Assembly: GCA_963805975.1 (NCBI GenBank)
Contig: CAWDVR010000004.1
Span: forward strand, 224,001 to 288,000
Reading direction: 5' to 3'
From: an uncultured Acidobacteriota bacterium
GTDB taxonomy: Bacteria > Acidobacteriota > Thermoanaerobaculia > Multivoradales > SZUA-115
Length of the DNA: 64,000 nucleotides
Both the position numbers and the translations under genes were made by a program. The stretch's first letter is position 1; every line of letters starts with the position of its first letter. Of this stretch, positions 1 through 9,486 are shown in pieces. The notes beneath the pieces are model-generated. The model worked only from the letters and a program-made list of their open reading frames with translations, was not told the DNA's origin and searched no databases.

Positions 1-150
1 GGCCCAGGTGCCGTCGGAGGAGCCGTCGTCGACCACGATCACCTCGACCTCTTCGCCGGCGAGCGCGGCGAGCACCCGCTCCACCACGCGCGCCAGGGCC
101 TGCGCCTCGTCGTGCGCCGGCATCACCACGGAGATCAGGGCGGAGCTCAC
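1..150 (-). CDS. Glycosyltransferase family 2 protein, N-terminal part (truncated by window edge)
   Basis: Hand translation from GTG at 150 gives MSSALISVVMPAHDEAQALARVVERV...EVIVVDDGSSDGTWA, with the GT2 ISVVxP and VVDDGS motifs. GTGA overlap with the stop of the upstream gene. Confidence 0.9.
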   Translation of the reverse strand, partial: MSSALISVVMPAHDEAQALARVVERVLAALAGEEVEVIVVDDGSSDGTWA

Positions 151-1925
151 GACCCCGCCCCCAGCCTTCCCGATGGGGCCGGCCGAAAGACGTCCCACGG
201 GCCGATCGTCGTCAGGTGCTCGTACGAGCGGGCGAGGGTCACGATCATCCGGCGCGAGAGCGGCGTGTTGTACTTGTCCCGTCCGGCGTAGAAGATCAGC
301 GCCGGTGGCTTCCTGCCGAGCTCGGCCTGCACCCGCGCGGCATCCTGCTCGTCGAGCACGCCGAGCGCGAAGTTGAAGAAGCGGAACGGGTTCTCACGCC
401 CGGAGAGGAAGTAGAGCTCGGACGAGCTCGGCAGGGCGAAGAAGGTCTCGCCAGGCCCCACCTCGCGCTCGATCAGCGCCAGGGCGGCGGTGTAGGTGGC
501 GAGGTCCGGGGCGTCGATCCGCAGGCCGCAGCGGGGGATCGCCGACGCCGTCGCGACCATCGGAACCCGCACCCCGGCGAGGAGCTTCTCCCAGCCGCGA
601 TTGGCGGTCTGCCCGGCGTGGAAGAAGAGGGCGATGCCGGCCGCTGCCGCGACCACCGCCTGCACCGCGCGCCGCGGTCTCGGGCCGGCCTCCGCCGCCA
701 GCCACAGGGCGCCCAATGCCGTCACGCCGATCGTGAAATAGAGGTAGGTCGGGTTCTGGAAGTGGACCGAGACCACGGCATAGAACACCGCGAGCCAGGG
801 CAGGGGAGCGGGCGTGCCACCGCGCCGCAACCGCCAGAGGAGAGCCACGCCCAGCGCCGCGGCGGAGAACGGCAGCAGCATCCAGAACAGGCCGTTGACG
901 AACGCGGCCGGGCTGGCCGGTTCGAGCATCACCCCCCAGCCGCCGGTGACCAGCGTGGTGAGGAAGTTCTGGCCGTGGATGAAGGGCAGCGCGGTCAGGG
1001 CCGCGGCCGTCACCACCACGTCGTGGTACCAGGAGGCGAAGGAGCCCATGGCCGCGTGGTAGGCGAGGAGCGGTGCCACCGCCGCGAGCGCGCCGAGCGA
1101 GAGTCCCCCCAGACGACGCAGAGCCGGACCGTCCGCCATCCGCGTCCGGAGGAAGGTCCAGCCCAGCAACAGCAGAGGCCAGAGTCCGAACAGCAGGAAG
1201 CCGGAAGCGTCCGTCTTCTTCCCCAGGTAGGTGGCGAGGCCGGCTGCCGCGATCGCCAGCGTGCCGCGCGCCACCCACGGCCTCCGGCCGCTCTCGTCGC
1301 CCTCCCCGTGCTCGGCCAGCAGATAGGCCGTGAGCCCGATCGCCACCAGCACGCCGGTGAGCTGGCGGAAGCAGAACGTCAGGCCGACGACGAAGCCGAG
1401 CGCGGGGTCGCGCCAGCGCGACTCGCGCGGCAGGCGGGTGAGGGCCGCGACCAGCACGAAGAAGAGGAGCTGCGAGTACCAGTGGGCGGTGGGGTCGAGG
1501 TAGAGGAGCACGCCGAGAGCGGGCACCGCACAGGCCGCGATCGCCGCCGTCACGGCGCCGGAGCGCCGGAAGAGCCAGAAGGCGATCGCCGCCTGCGCCA
1601 GAGCGGCCACCATCAGCGGGTAGCGGAGCGAGACCATGCGGCGGCCGAAGGCGGCCATGGTCGCGGCATGGAGGAAGTTCACGTAGCCCATGTGGATGTC
1701 CTGCACGTCGCGGTTCAGCACCGCGCCGTCGAGCACCCGCTCGGCCACGTGAGCGTAGTTGCCCTCGTCCGCCGGCCACCAGAACCGGTCGTAGAAAACG
1801 GCCACCACCAGGAGGTTGAACACGGCGGCGAGGGCGGCGGCGATGGCGAGCGAGCGCCGCGCCGGCGGGCCGCCCACCACGGCTGGGGACGGGGAGGCAG
1901 CGGTCGGCGGCGCGTCCATGGCCAC
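147..1925 (-). CDS. Polytopic membrane protein, GT-C (ArnT/PMT-like) glycosyltransferase candidate
   Basis: 592 aa with many TM segments, a DE motif (WPADEGNY) in the first loop and a soluble C-terminal domain. Coupled to the GT2 gene. Confidence 0.65.
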   Translation of the reverse strand: MAMDAPPTAASPSPAVVGGPPARRSLAIAAALAAVFNLLVVAVFYDRFWWPADEGNYAHVAERVLDGAVLNRDVQDIHMGYVNFLHAATMAAFGRRMVSLRYPLMVAALAQAAIAFWLFRRSGAVTAAIAACAVPALGVLLYLDPTAHWYSQLLFFVLVAALTRLPRESRWRDPALGFVVGLTFCFRQLTGVLVAIGLTAYLLAEHGEGDESGRRPWVARGTLAIAAAGLATYLGKKTDASGFLLFGLWPLLLLGWTFLRTRMADGPALRRLGGLSLGALAAVAPLLAYHAAMGSFASWYHDVVVTAAALTALPFIHGQNFLTTLVTGGWGVMLEPASPAAFVNGLFWMLLPFSAAALGVALLWRLRRGGTPAPLPWLAVFYAVVSVHFQNPTYLYFTIGVTALGALWLAAEAGPRPRRAVQAVVAAAAGIALFFHAGQTANRGWEKLLAGVRVPMVATASAIPRCGLRIDAPDLATYTAALALIEREVGPGETFFALPSSSELYFLSGRENPFRFFNFALGVLDEQDAARVQAELGRKPPALIFYAGRDKYNTPLSRRMIVTLARSYEHLTTIGPWDVFRPAPSGRLGAGS

Positions 1926-2008
1926 GGGTATCGCGGGGAGAAAGCGAGGCGCGGCAGTATAGGCGAAGGGAGAAGAGGGCCCCGGAGCCGGGTGCTACCA
2001 TCCCGCCA

Positions 2009-4043
2009 ATGCCGTCCAGCCGTGAGGGAGCGGCGCCGCCCGCGGCGGGCTCGGGAGCCTCCGCCTGGGTCGCGCGGTGCACGAACCTGGGCCTCGGCCT
2101 CGGGCTGGCGCTGGGGCTCGTCGGCCAGACGGTGCTGCACCTCCACGACGGCAAGATCGGCCTCGCCTTCCTGCCGGCGACCGTGGCCTTGACGGCCATG
2201 ACCTTCGGCCTCGGCGGCACCTTGCTCGCGCTGCCGACGGCGCCCATCCGAAGCTCTCGCTGGGCGCGCTGGCTCGCCGCCGGCGGCCTCGCCGGGTTCA
2301 CCTTCTTCCACCTGGTCTCGGTCTGGGTCCGGGTCTGGACGGGGGTCTTTGCCACCGTGGCACCGATCCAGATGCTGCTCGCGAGCCCGGAGCAGTTTCT
2401 GCGAGCCGGCCTCGCCGGGCAGGGCCGGCGGATCGCCCTGCTGCTCGCGGTGACCGCCGCCCTGGGGGTGCTCCTCGCCCGACTGCTGTCGCGCCCGGCT
2501 CCTGCCGGCGGCTGGAGAAGGTCTTTGCTCACCGGGCTCGGGCTGGCCGCGACCCTCGCCTGGGTGGCGTTCTCGCCGGCGCTCTCCGGCCCCGTGCGCA
2601 TCCTGCAAGGGTCGACGCCGGAGATGCGCTGGCTCTCGACCCTGGTGGCACAGCGTTCGGCCCTCGAGCAGGGCGTGGAGCTCGTGCCGGTGCCGGCCGG
2701 GGAGCCGCTGTCGGCGGCGCGCGAGTGGCAGGCGGAAGCGGCAGAGAGCGGCGGGCCGCGGCCGAACGTGCTGCTGCTGATGCTCGAGTCGGTGTCCGCG
2801 AACCATCTGCACTACGCCGGCTATCCGCGGCCAGTGAGCCCTCATCTCGACCGTCTGGCCGCCGAGGGCTGGAACTTCTCCCGCACCTGGACCATGGCCA
2901 CCCAGTCCAACTACGCGCAGACCTCCATCCTCTCCTCGCTGCTGCCGATGCGCCGCCGCCAGCTCGAGACCTACGTGCGGCTCGACTATCCCCGCTTCCT
3001 GTTCCACGACCTCTTCCATGCCTACGGCTACGAGACGGCGACGATCTCCTCCCAGAACGAGGAGTGGCAGGGCATGCGCCGTTTCGAGACCACGGCGACC
3101 CCGACGCACTTCTTCCACTCCCTGGACCACCCGGGCCCGCACCTCGGCCGCGGCGCCGAGCGCAAGCTCCCCGACCATCTGACCGTGGAGCACCTGCTCT
3201 CCTGGCTCGACGGCAGAGACCGACCCTGGGCGGCGTACGTCAACTTCCAGCGCACCCATTTCCCGTACGAGCCGGCGCCCGGCTTCCGGGGCCCTTTTCA
3301 ACCCTCCGAGCCGGAGGCCTCGACCTTCAGCTTCCTCAACTACCCGCCGTCGGAGATTCCCGCGGCCATCAACCGCTACGACAACGCCCTGCTCTACGTG
3401 GACGCCCAGGTGGGCCGCGTCGTCGAGTACCTGGAGCGCACGGGCCAGGCCGAGCGCACGCTCCTCGCCGTGGTCGCCGATCACGGCGAGCACTTCGGTG
3501 AAGGCGGCCAGGTGGGCCACGGCACCACCCTCGACGAGATCGCGGTACGGGTGCCGCTGCTCCTCTACTGGCCCAAAACATTGGCGCCGCGCCGCATCGA
3601 GACCCCGGTCTCGACCCTCGACCTGCTGCCGACGCTCGCCGACCTCGCGGGCGCCCGGCCCCACCCCGCCTTCCAGGGGCGGAGCTTCCGCGATCCCGCG
3701 GCCTACGCCGCGGCCCGCCCGGCTCTGTTCGCCACCCTGCAGAGCCTGGGAAGCAACTACGCCGTGGTCTGCTGGCCGTGGAAGCTGACCGCCAACTGGA
3801 GCGCCTCCGAGGTGGAGATCCTGCGCCTGGAGGGAGACTTCGAGGAGCGGCAGCTCACCTCGGCCGCGACCGAGGTGGCCGGCGAGAAGCTGCTCGCACT
3901 GGTGGCGAGCCAGCGCCGTGCGCAGCTCGACTATTACCTGGGAGACGACCTGCGGCGCGACCGGGAGTTCGCCCCGCGCCCGCTCGTCCTGCCCGGCCGA
4001 CCTGCCGGAGTACGAGCCGTCCGGGGCGGCTCCTCCACCCTAG
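2009..4043 (+). CDS. Membrane-anchored sulfatase-like / LTA-synthase-like alkaline-phosphatase-superfamily transferase, with apparent frameshift near 3985
   Basis: N-terminal TMs, then PNVLLLMLES, THFPY, YDNALLYVD and VADHGE. The ORF track reads through to 6082 antisense to the VWA gene. A +1 shift near 3985 gives ...SCPADLPEYEPSGAAPPP* ending at TAG 4041-4043, which overlaps the convergent gene's stop. Confidence 0.75.
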
Positions 4044-5893
4044 CGCGAGGCGGCCGCCACCGGCTTCACCGGCACCTCGGCGAGCAGGAAGGAAGCGACG
4101 TTGGCGAGCTCGTCGCGCAGGCCCACGGCCACCGAGTGGTCGCCTTGGCGCATCAGCATCTTGACCTCGTAGACGTAGAGCTTCCCCCGCGCCTCCTCGA
4201 GACGCGCGGTCGGGATGGCGATCGGGATCGCCGTGGAGCGCACCGGCGCCAGCTTCCCCTGACGGTCGCGAGCTCCCACTTGCAGGCTCAGGCGGCCGAC
4301 GTGGTTTCCTCCCTGGGCGATCAGCGTCAGCTTGCCCAGCGGGATGCGTACCCGGATCGGCACCGAGAAGAGGGTGCCGTCGAGCGACAGCGGCTCGCCC
4401 ACCTCGATCGCCAGGGCGAGGGGGTTCTCCTCGACGCCGAAGAGCAGAGAGCCCAGGGTCAGGTCGGCCAGCTCCTGTTCTCCGGACTTGACCGAGAGGC
4501 TGCGGCGGTAGCGCACCTCGACCCCGCGCCGCTTCACTTTGACCTCGATGCGCCGGGACCCGTCGCCACCGCGGGCGGCGGCGTCGGTCACCCGGTAGCC
4601 CAGGGAGTAGAAGCTGTCGAGGTCGCTCGCCACGGCGCCGAGCGCGGAGCCCAGGTCGCCGGCGTTGAGCACCGCCTGGCCGCCGGTCTCGTCCGCCATC
4701 ACGTGCAGCGAGTCCTGGAAGTTGGCGCGCTGCACCAGATCCACCGACTGGAAGGTGAGGAGGCGGCTCTCGACCTCGGCGAGCGCGGAGGCGGGCGGCC
4801 GTGGTCCGGTGGCCTCGAGGGTGAAGAAGGTGACCTTGTTGGCGTTGGCGCGCTCGGTGAGGCGCCGGAAGAGCTCGTCCGCGGCAAAGCTCGCGGCCTC
4901 GAGCTGGAGGGCCTGCACGTTGAGCGCCTCCGGGCCGAGGAGGGTCGCGTCGTGCACCGCTCCGGCCATGCCCGAGGTCGCGGCACCTCCGCCGCAGATC
5001 TGGTAGAGCAACTCGAAGGCTTCCTGCCCCGGCACCAGTGGCAGGCCGTCGGAGAGGTAGAGGACGTTCTTCTTGCCCGGCAGGCCGGCGAGCGAATCGG
5101 TGAAGGAGCCGAGAGCGTCCAGCGTGCGGCGCACGTCCTCGTAGATCGAGCGCGCATAGTTTCTCGCCAGGTCGCCGAGCTGGGGCTCGCAGGAGCGGTT
5201 GCCGAGGCCCTGCTGCCCGCCGGGCGCGCCGGCCTCGCCTTCCTCCGACTCTCCGACCGTGCCCCCGACGATCTGCGTGGTCTGCTTGCCGCGCGTCAGC
5301 TCCTGGACCGACACCAGCTCCTCGAGCATGCGCCGCTGCCGGACCTCGGGGCCGGCGTCGACGAGCGGCATCTCCCGCAGCTTGCCGAGGACGGCCTGCA
5401 CCTGCTTGAACGAGGTGGTCGGCGCCAGCTCGACCGCGACGGTGTGGTTATAGCTCGCGAGCATCACCCGGTCGCCGCGGTCCATGCGCTCGCGCAGGAA
5501 CTTCTCGAGGTCGTCGAGGGCGCGGTTGCGGTGGAAGGCCGAGAGATTGTGGTTGTCGACGAAGACGACCAGGAACGAGGAGAGGGCCTCGGGCTCCGCC
5601 GGCCCGCCGGAGGCGGCTTCGACGCCCAGGGCCTCTTCCGTCACCCGCCGGCCGCCGTCCACGGCGTAGAAGTTGGTGAGCGGCACGGGCTTGCCATTCT
5701 CCAGGAGCTCGAAATCCTCGGCCGCGAGCCCGGTCACCGGCTGGCCGGAGCGGCTGCGGACGAAGACGTCGAGATTGGCGATCTCGACCTCCACCGTGTC
5801 CGTGAACGGGGCCGGGAGGGGCTCGTTCTCCGCCGCCGAAGCGAGAGATGTGGCCAGCGCGAGGCCGGCGATCGAGAGACGAAGGGCCTGCAT
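4040..5893 (-). CDS. Secreted VWA-domain protein (acidobacterial VWFA-related family)
   Basis: Signal peptide MQALRLSIAGLALATSLASA, GGAGG RBS, and motifs PVTGLAAEDFELLENGKP, LPGKKNVLYLSDG, MADETGGQA, YSLGY and VRYRR. Confidence 0.85.
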   Translation of the reverse strand: MQALRLSIAGLALATSLASAAENEPLPAPFTDTVEVEIANLDVFVRSRSGQPVTGLAAEDFELLENGKPVPLTNFYAVDGGRRVTEEALGVEAASGGPAEPEALSSFLVVFVDNHNLSAFHRNRALDDLEKFLRERMDRGDRVMLASYNHTVAVELAPTTSFKQVQAVLGKLREMPLVDAGPEVRQRRMLEELVSVQELTRGKQTTQIVGGTVGESEEGEAGAPGGQQGLGNRSCEPQLGDLARNYARSIYEDVRRTLDALGSFTDSLAGLPGKKNVLYLSDGLPLVPGQEAFELLYQICGGGAATSGMAGAVHDATLLGPEALNVQALQLEAASFAADELFRRLTERANANKVTFFTLEATGPRPPASALAEVESRLLTFQSVDLVQRANFQDSLHVMADETGGQAVLNAGDLGSALGAVASDLDSFYSLGYRVTDAAARGGDGSRRIEVKVKRRGVEVRYRRSLSVKSGEQELADLTLGSLLFGVEENPLALAIEVGEPLSLDGTLFSVPIRVRIPLGKLTLIAQGGNHVGRLSLQVGARDRQGKLAPVRSTAIPIAIPTARLEEARGKLYVYEVKMLMRQGDHSVAVGLRDELANVASFLLAEVPVKPVAAASR

Positions 5894-5947
5894 GGGAACC
5901 TCCCAAACGCGAAGCAAAGTCGGAATTCTGAACGAAACGCGCAATCC

Positions 5948-5963
5948 AGCAAGGCGTGTGCCG
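5948..5963 (-). promoter_or_regulatory. Putative sigma-54 (-24/-12) promoter of the VWA gene
   Basis: Minus strand reads CGGCAC-ACGCC-TTGCT, matching TGGCAC-N5-TTGCW with correct GG/GC spacing, about 55 nt upstream of the ATG. Confidence 0.55.
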
Positions 5964-6073
5964 CGTGGCGGAAGCGCCCACCACGGCGCAAGAACGGGCC
6001 GGAGCGGCGGTGCGGAGAGACGGGTTTGTACCCAGTGGGAGACGAGAATGTGTCGACCAGGTCGCCGATCGGC

Positions 6074-6102
6074 TTGACTTAGTCCATGCCTTAGTCTAGC
6101 CT
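6074..6102 (+). promoter_or_regulatory. Sigma-70 promoter with overlapping operator repeats for TA operon 1
   Basis: TTGACT-N17-TAGCCT. The spacer is TAGTC-N7-TAGTC, and the palindrome GACTTAGTC overlaps the -35 box. Confidence 0.6.
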
Positions 6103-6111
6103 CGTCGAACC

Positions 6112-6342
6112 ATGACTCGGGTCAACGTCCACGAAGCCAAGACCCATCTCTCCCGCCTGCTGCAAAGGGTGGAGTCCGGTGAGGAGATCGTCATCTCCCG
6201 CGCTGGCCGACCCGTCGCCCGCCTGGTGCCGGAGCGGAAGGCCGCCGAGCGCAGGCTCGGGTTGGACCGCGGCCTCTTCGATGTGCCGGAGGACTTCGAT
6301 GCCCCGCTCCCGGCCGAGGTGCTCGAGGCCTTCTACCGTTGA
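6112..6342 (+). CDS. vapB: Phd/YefM-family antitoxin
   Basis: MTRVNVHEAKTHLSRLLQRVESGEEIVISRAGRPVARLVP is a typical Phd N-terminus. Overlaps the toxin start. Confidence 0.9.
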   Translation: MTRVNVHEAKTHLSRLLQRVESGEEIVISRAGRPVARLVPERKAAERRLGLDRGLFDVPEDFDAPLPAEVLEAFYR

Positions 6343-6737
6343 AGATCCTGCTCGACACCCACTGCTGGCTGTGGATGACGAGCGCTCCGGAGAAGCTCGC
6401 CCCCGCGGCCAGGGCGCTGGTGGAGGACCCCGAGAACGAGCTCTTCCTGTCCGCGGCGAGTAGCTGGGAGATCGCGATCAAGTACGCGTTGGGAAAGCTC
6501 CCGCTACCGGTTCCCCCGGCGAGCTATGTGCCGACCCGGATGGCCGCGACCGGCGTCTCGGGTCTGGCCGTCGAGCATCACCACGCGCTCGAGGTCTCCG
6601 GCCTGCCGATGCACCACGCGGACCCCTTCGATCGCCTGCTGGTGGCGCAGGCGCGGGTCGAGGGCCTGTCCCTCTTGACGGCCGACCCACAGCTCGCCGC
6701 CTACGAGGTGGAGCTGGTCCCGGCCCGCGACGGCTGA
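6339..6737 (+). CDS. vapC: PIN-domain toxin (VapC family)
   Basis: Motifs LLDTH, SAASSWEIAIK, HADPFDRLLVAQA and LLTAD. Confidence 0.92.
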   Translation: MKILLDTHCWLWMTSAPEKLAPAARALVEDPENELFLSAASSWEIAIKYALGKLPLPVPPASYVPTRMAATGVSGLAVEHHHALEVSGLPMHHADPFDRLLVAQARVEGLSLLTADPQLAAYEVELVPARDG

Positions 6738-6744
6738 TCGCCGC

Positions 6745-8178
6745 TCAGCTCCTCCGCAACCGCGCCGCCGTCTCGCGGATCAGGTCCCAGGCGGCTGCCA
6801 CGTGGCGCTCGGCGGTCTTGATGTTGCCCACCACCACCCGCAGCACGTAGCGGCCGCCGAGCTTCGAATGCGAGAGGAAGATCGGGCCGGCGGCGTTCAC
6901 ACTTTCGAGCACGCGCTCGTTGAAGGCGTCGTCGGCCTCGGGCCCGTCGCCGGTCACCGCCCGGAAGGCGACGATGCCGAGCGGCACCGGCGCCGCGAGC
7001 TCGAAGCCCGGCTCGGTTTCCACCCAGCCGGCCAGGAGCTGCGCCAGGCGCAGGTGCTCGCGGATGCGCTCCTGCAGGCCCTCGACGCCGAAGGCGCGGA
7101 TCACCATCCACAGCTTGAGCGACCGAAAGCGCTTGCCGAGCTGGAGGCCGTAGTCCATCAGGTTGGTGACCCCCTCCTCACCGGTGCGCAGGTACTCGGG
7201 CACCACCGAGAAGGCGCTCTTCAGCTCCTCCGGATCGCGCAGGTAGAGGAGTGAGCAGTGGACGGGCACGAAGAGCCATTTGTGGGGGTTGACGACGATC
7301 GAGTCGGCCTCCTCGAGGCCGGCGAGCCGGTGGCGCACCTCGGGCAGGATGGCGGCGCCGCCGCCGTAGGCCGCGTCCACGTGGTACCAGAGGCCGTGGC
7401 GCCGGGCCACGGCCGCGAGCGCCGCCAGGTCGTCGAGGCTGCCGGTCGAGGTCGAGCCGGCGGTCGCCACCAGCGCGATGGGCCGCGCGCCGGCGGCGAG
7501 GTCTTGCTCGACGGCGCGGGTCACGGCCTCGGGATCGAGCCGGAAGTCGGGTCCGGCGGGGAGGCGGCGGAGCTGGTCGAGGCCCAGGCCCAGGGCGATC
7601 ATCGCCTTGTCGATCGAGGAGTGGGTCTGGTCCGAGGTGTAGACCGTGAGGCGCGGCAGCTCCGCGCGCCCGGCGAGGCCCTTCAGCCGGAGATCGGGGA
7701 GCGCCCGCTCGCGCGCCACGGCCAGGGCCAGGAAGATGCCGATCGAGGCCGTGTCCTGGACGAAGCCGCGAAAGACCGGCGGCAGGTCGAGCATCTGGCG
7801 CACCCAGTCGCAGACCCGCTCCTCGAGCTCGGTGGCGGCCGGCGAGGTGCGCCAGAGCATGGCGTTGACGTTCAGGCCCGCGGCGAGAGCCTCGCCCAGG
7901 ATGCCCGGGCCCGAGCCGCTGATCGCGATGTAGGCCATGAAGCCCGGGTGATTCCAGTGCGTGACGTTGGGCTCGATGATGCGCTTGTAGTCGGCGAGCA
8001 CGTCGGCGAGCGGCTCGGGGGCCGGCGGTGGCCCCTCCGGCAGCGCCGCGGCGACCTCGCCGGGCACGACCCGCGGCAGGACCGGGTATCCCTCGACCTG
8101 TTCCAGGTAGTCGGCCACCAGGTCTGCGACCTGGTGCATGGCTGCGCGGAACTCCTTCGGAGGCAGGTCGCCGGTCAT
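6745..8178 (-). CDS. PLP-dependent group II decarboxylase (aromatic-L-amino-acid decarboxylase-like)
   Basis: Motifs THWNHPGFMAY, SPAATELE, HSSIDKA, HVDAAYGG and NPHKW (PLP lysine). Start re-assigned to MTGDLPP. Confidence 0.9.
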   Translation of the reverse strand: MTGDLPPKEFRAAMHQVADLVADYLEQVEGYPVLPRVVPGEVAAALPEGPPPAPEPLADVLADYKRIIEPNVTHWNHPGFMAYIAISGSGPGILGEALAAGLNVNAMLWRTSPAATELEERVCDWVRQMLDLPPVFRGFVQDTASIGIFLALAVARERALPDLRLKGLAGRAELPRLTVYTSDQTHSSIDKAMIALGLGLDQLRRLPAGPDFRLDPEAVTRAVEQDLAAGARPIALVATAGSTSTGSLDDLAALAAVARRHGLWYHVDAAYGGGAAILPEVRHRLAGLEEADSIVVNPHKWLFVPVHCSLLYLRDPEELKSAFSVVPEYLRTGEEGVTNLMDYGLQLGKRFRSLKLWMVIRAFGVEGLQERIREHLRLAQLLAGWVETEPGFELAAPVPLGIVAFRAVTGDGPEADDAFNERVLESVNAAGPIFLSHSKLGGRYVLRVVVGNIKTAERHVAAAWDLIRETAARLRRS

Positions 8179-8209
8179 CGCTCGTCTCCCAGTTGCAACA
8201 GAACGGGCC

Positions 8210-8242
8210 AAAAAAGAAAACGCCGCCTCCGGGGAGGCGGCG
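8210..8242 (-). terminator. Rho-independent terminator of the dsbA-like gene
   Basis: Inverted repeat CGCCGCCTCC/GGAGGCGGCG followed on the minus strand by TTTTCTTTTTT. Confidence 0.85.
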
Positions 8243-8269
8243 CGGGTTCTACCTGGGCTTCGGGGACGA

Positions 8270-9385
8270 TCAGCCGCCCTTGCGGGCCAGCTCGTCGTCG
8301 ATGATCGGGGCGATCTGCTCGAAGGGCACGGCGCCCGAGATGAAGCGGCCGTTGACGAAGAGCGCCGGCGTGCCGGAGACGCCCGCGGCCGAGCCGGCGG
8401 CCATGTCGTCGGCCACCTGCTTGGCGTGCTTGCCGGAGTCCAGGCACTGGTTGAACTGCTCGGCGTTGACGCCCAGGCCCGCAGCCTTGGTCTTGAGCTG
8501 GTCGACGCCCAGCTCCTGCTGGTTGGCGAACATCGCGTCGTGGAGCTCCCAGAACTTGCCCTGATCATGAGCGCAGAGCGAGGCCTCGGCGGCCTTCTGC
8601 GCCTTGGCGTGCATGGGGAGCGGGTACTGGCGGAAGGCGATCCGCACCTTGTCGCCATACTTCTCGCGCACCTGCGCGAGCGTCGGGTTGACGCGGCTGC
8701 AGAACGGGCACTCGAAGTCGGAGAACTCGACGATGGTCACCGGCGCGTTGGCCGGGCCCTTGCTCGGCGCGTTGCCCACCTCGACGCTGGCGCGCTGCAC
8801 CTCGAGGAGGATCTTGACCTTGTGGCTCTGGCGCAGGGAGGAGAGGAACTCGCCGCGGGTCTGGTCGGTCCGCTGCTGCTGGAGGTAGGTCTTGATCTGC
8901 TCGGAGAGCTGCTCCAGGGTGCGGCCACCCACCCGGGCCTTGTTCTCTTCGTAGAACTTGCTGACGTCGTCCGGGGTCACCGGCTGGATCTTGCTCTCGA
9001 CCTCGGCCTTGACCAGGTCTTCCTTCGAGAGGCCCCGCTTGGCGGCCTCGGCCTCGATCAGCTTGTCGTCGATCAGGTCGTTGAGCGCCCCTTCGAGGAT
9101 CTTGTGGCGGGAGTCCTCGAGCTGCTTGAGCATCGCCTGCTTCTGCTGCTCGAGCTGCTTGAACTGCGGCTCGGCCGCCTTCTCGAGCTCGGCCAGAGCG
9201 ACCGGCTTGCCGTCGATCTCCGCCACCGGGCCGGTGGACTTCGGGGCTTCTGCCGCCTTCGCGGCGTCGGCGCTGCCACCCTGAGCCGAGCAGGCCGGCA
9301 AGATGCCGCCCAGACCGACCAGGGCCAGAATGGCACTCAAGGCCAGGCTGCGCGACAGGACATTGCGGTTTGCGTTGGGATTCAT
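8270..9385 (-). CDS. DsbA-family thioredoxin protein with N-terminal helical (SurA-N-like) domain, probable lipoprotein
   Basis: Motifs EFSDFECPFC and GVSGTP. Hydrophobic N-terminus ending in LPAC. Confidence 0.88.
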   Translation of the reverse strand: MNPNANRNVLSRSLALSAILALVGLGGILPACSAQGGSADAAKAAEAPKSTGPVAEIDGKPVALAELEKAAEPQFKQLEQQKQAMLKQLEDSRHKILEGALNDLIDDKLIEAEAAKRGLSKEDLVKAEVESKIQPVTPDDVSKFYEENKARVGGRTLEQLSEQIKTYLQQQRTDQTRGEFLSSLRQSHKVKILLEVQRASVEVGNAPSKGPANAPVTIVEFSDFECPFCSRVNPTLAQVREKYGDKVRIAFRQYPLPMHAKAQKAAEASLCAHDQGKFWELHDAMFANQQELGVDQLKTKAAGLGVNAEQFNQCLDSGKHAKQVADDMAAGSAAGVSGTPALFVNGRFISGAVPFEQIAPIIDDELARKGG

Positions 9386-9486
9386 GGGTCCTCGACTCCT
9401 TCAGAACTAGGGTTTTATGCACACGCCGAATGGGTGATCCTAGGCGTCGTGCCGCCGGTGAGCAAGCCGCGTGCCCGCCCAGGGCT

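Noticed and set aside
2009-6082. 1357-aa giant sulfatase fusion ORF
   Set aside because: The C-terminal half is the antisense shadow of the VWA gene, reached through a frameshift near 3985.
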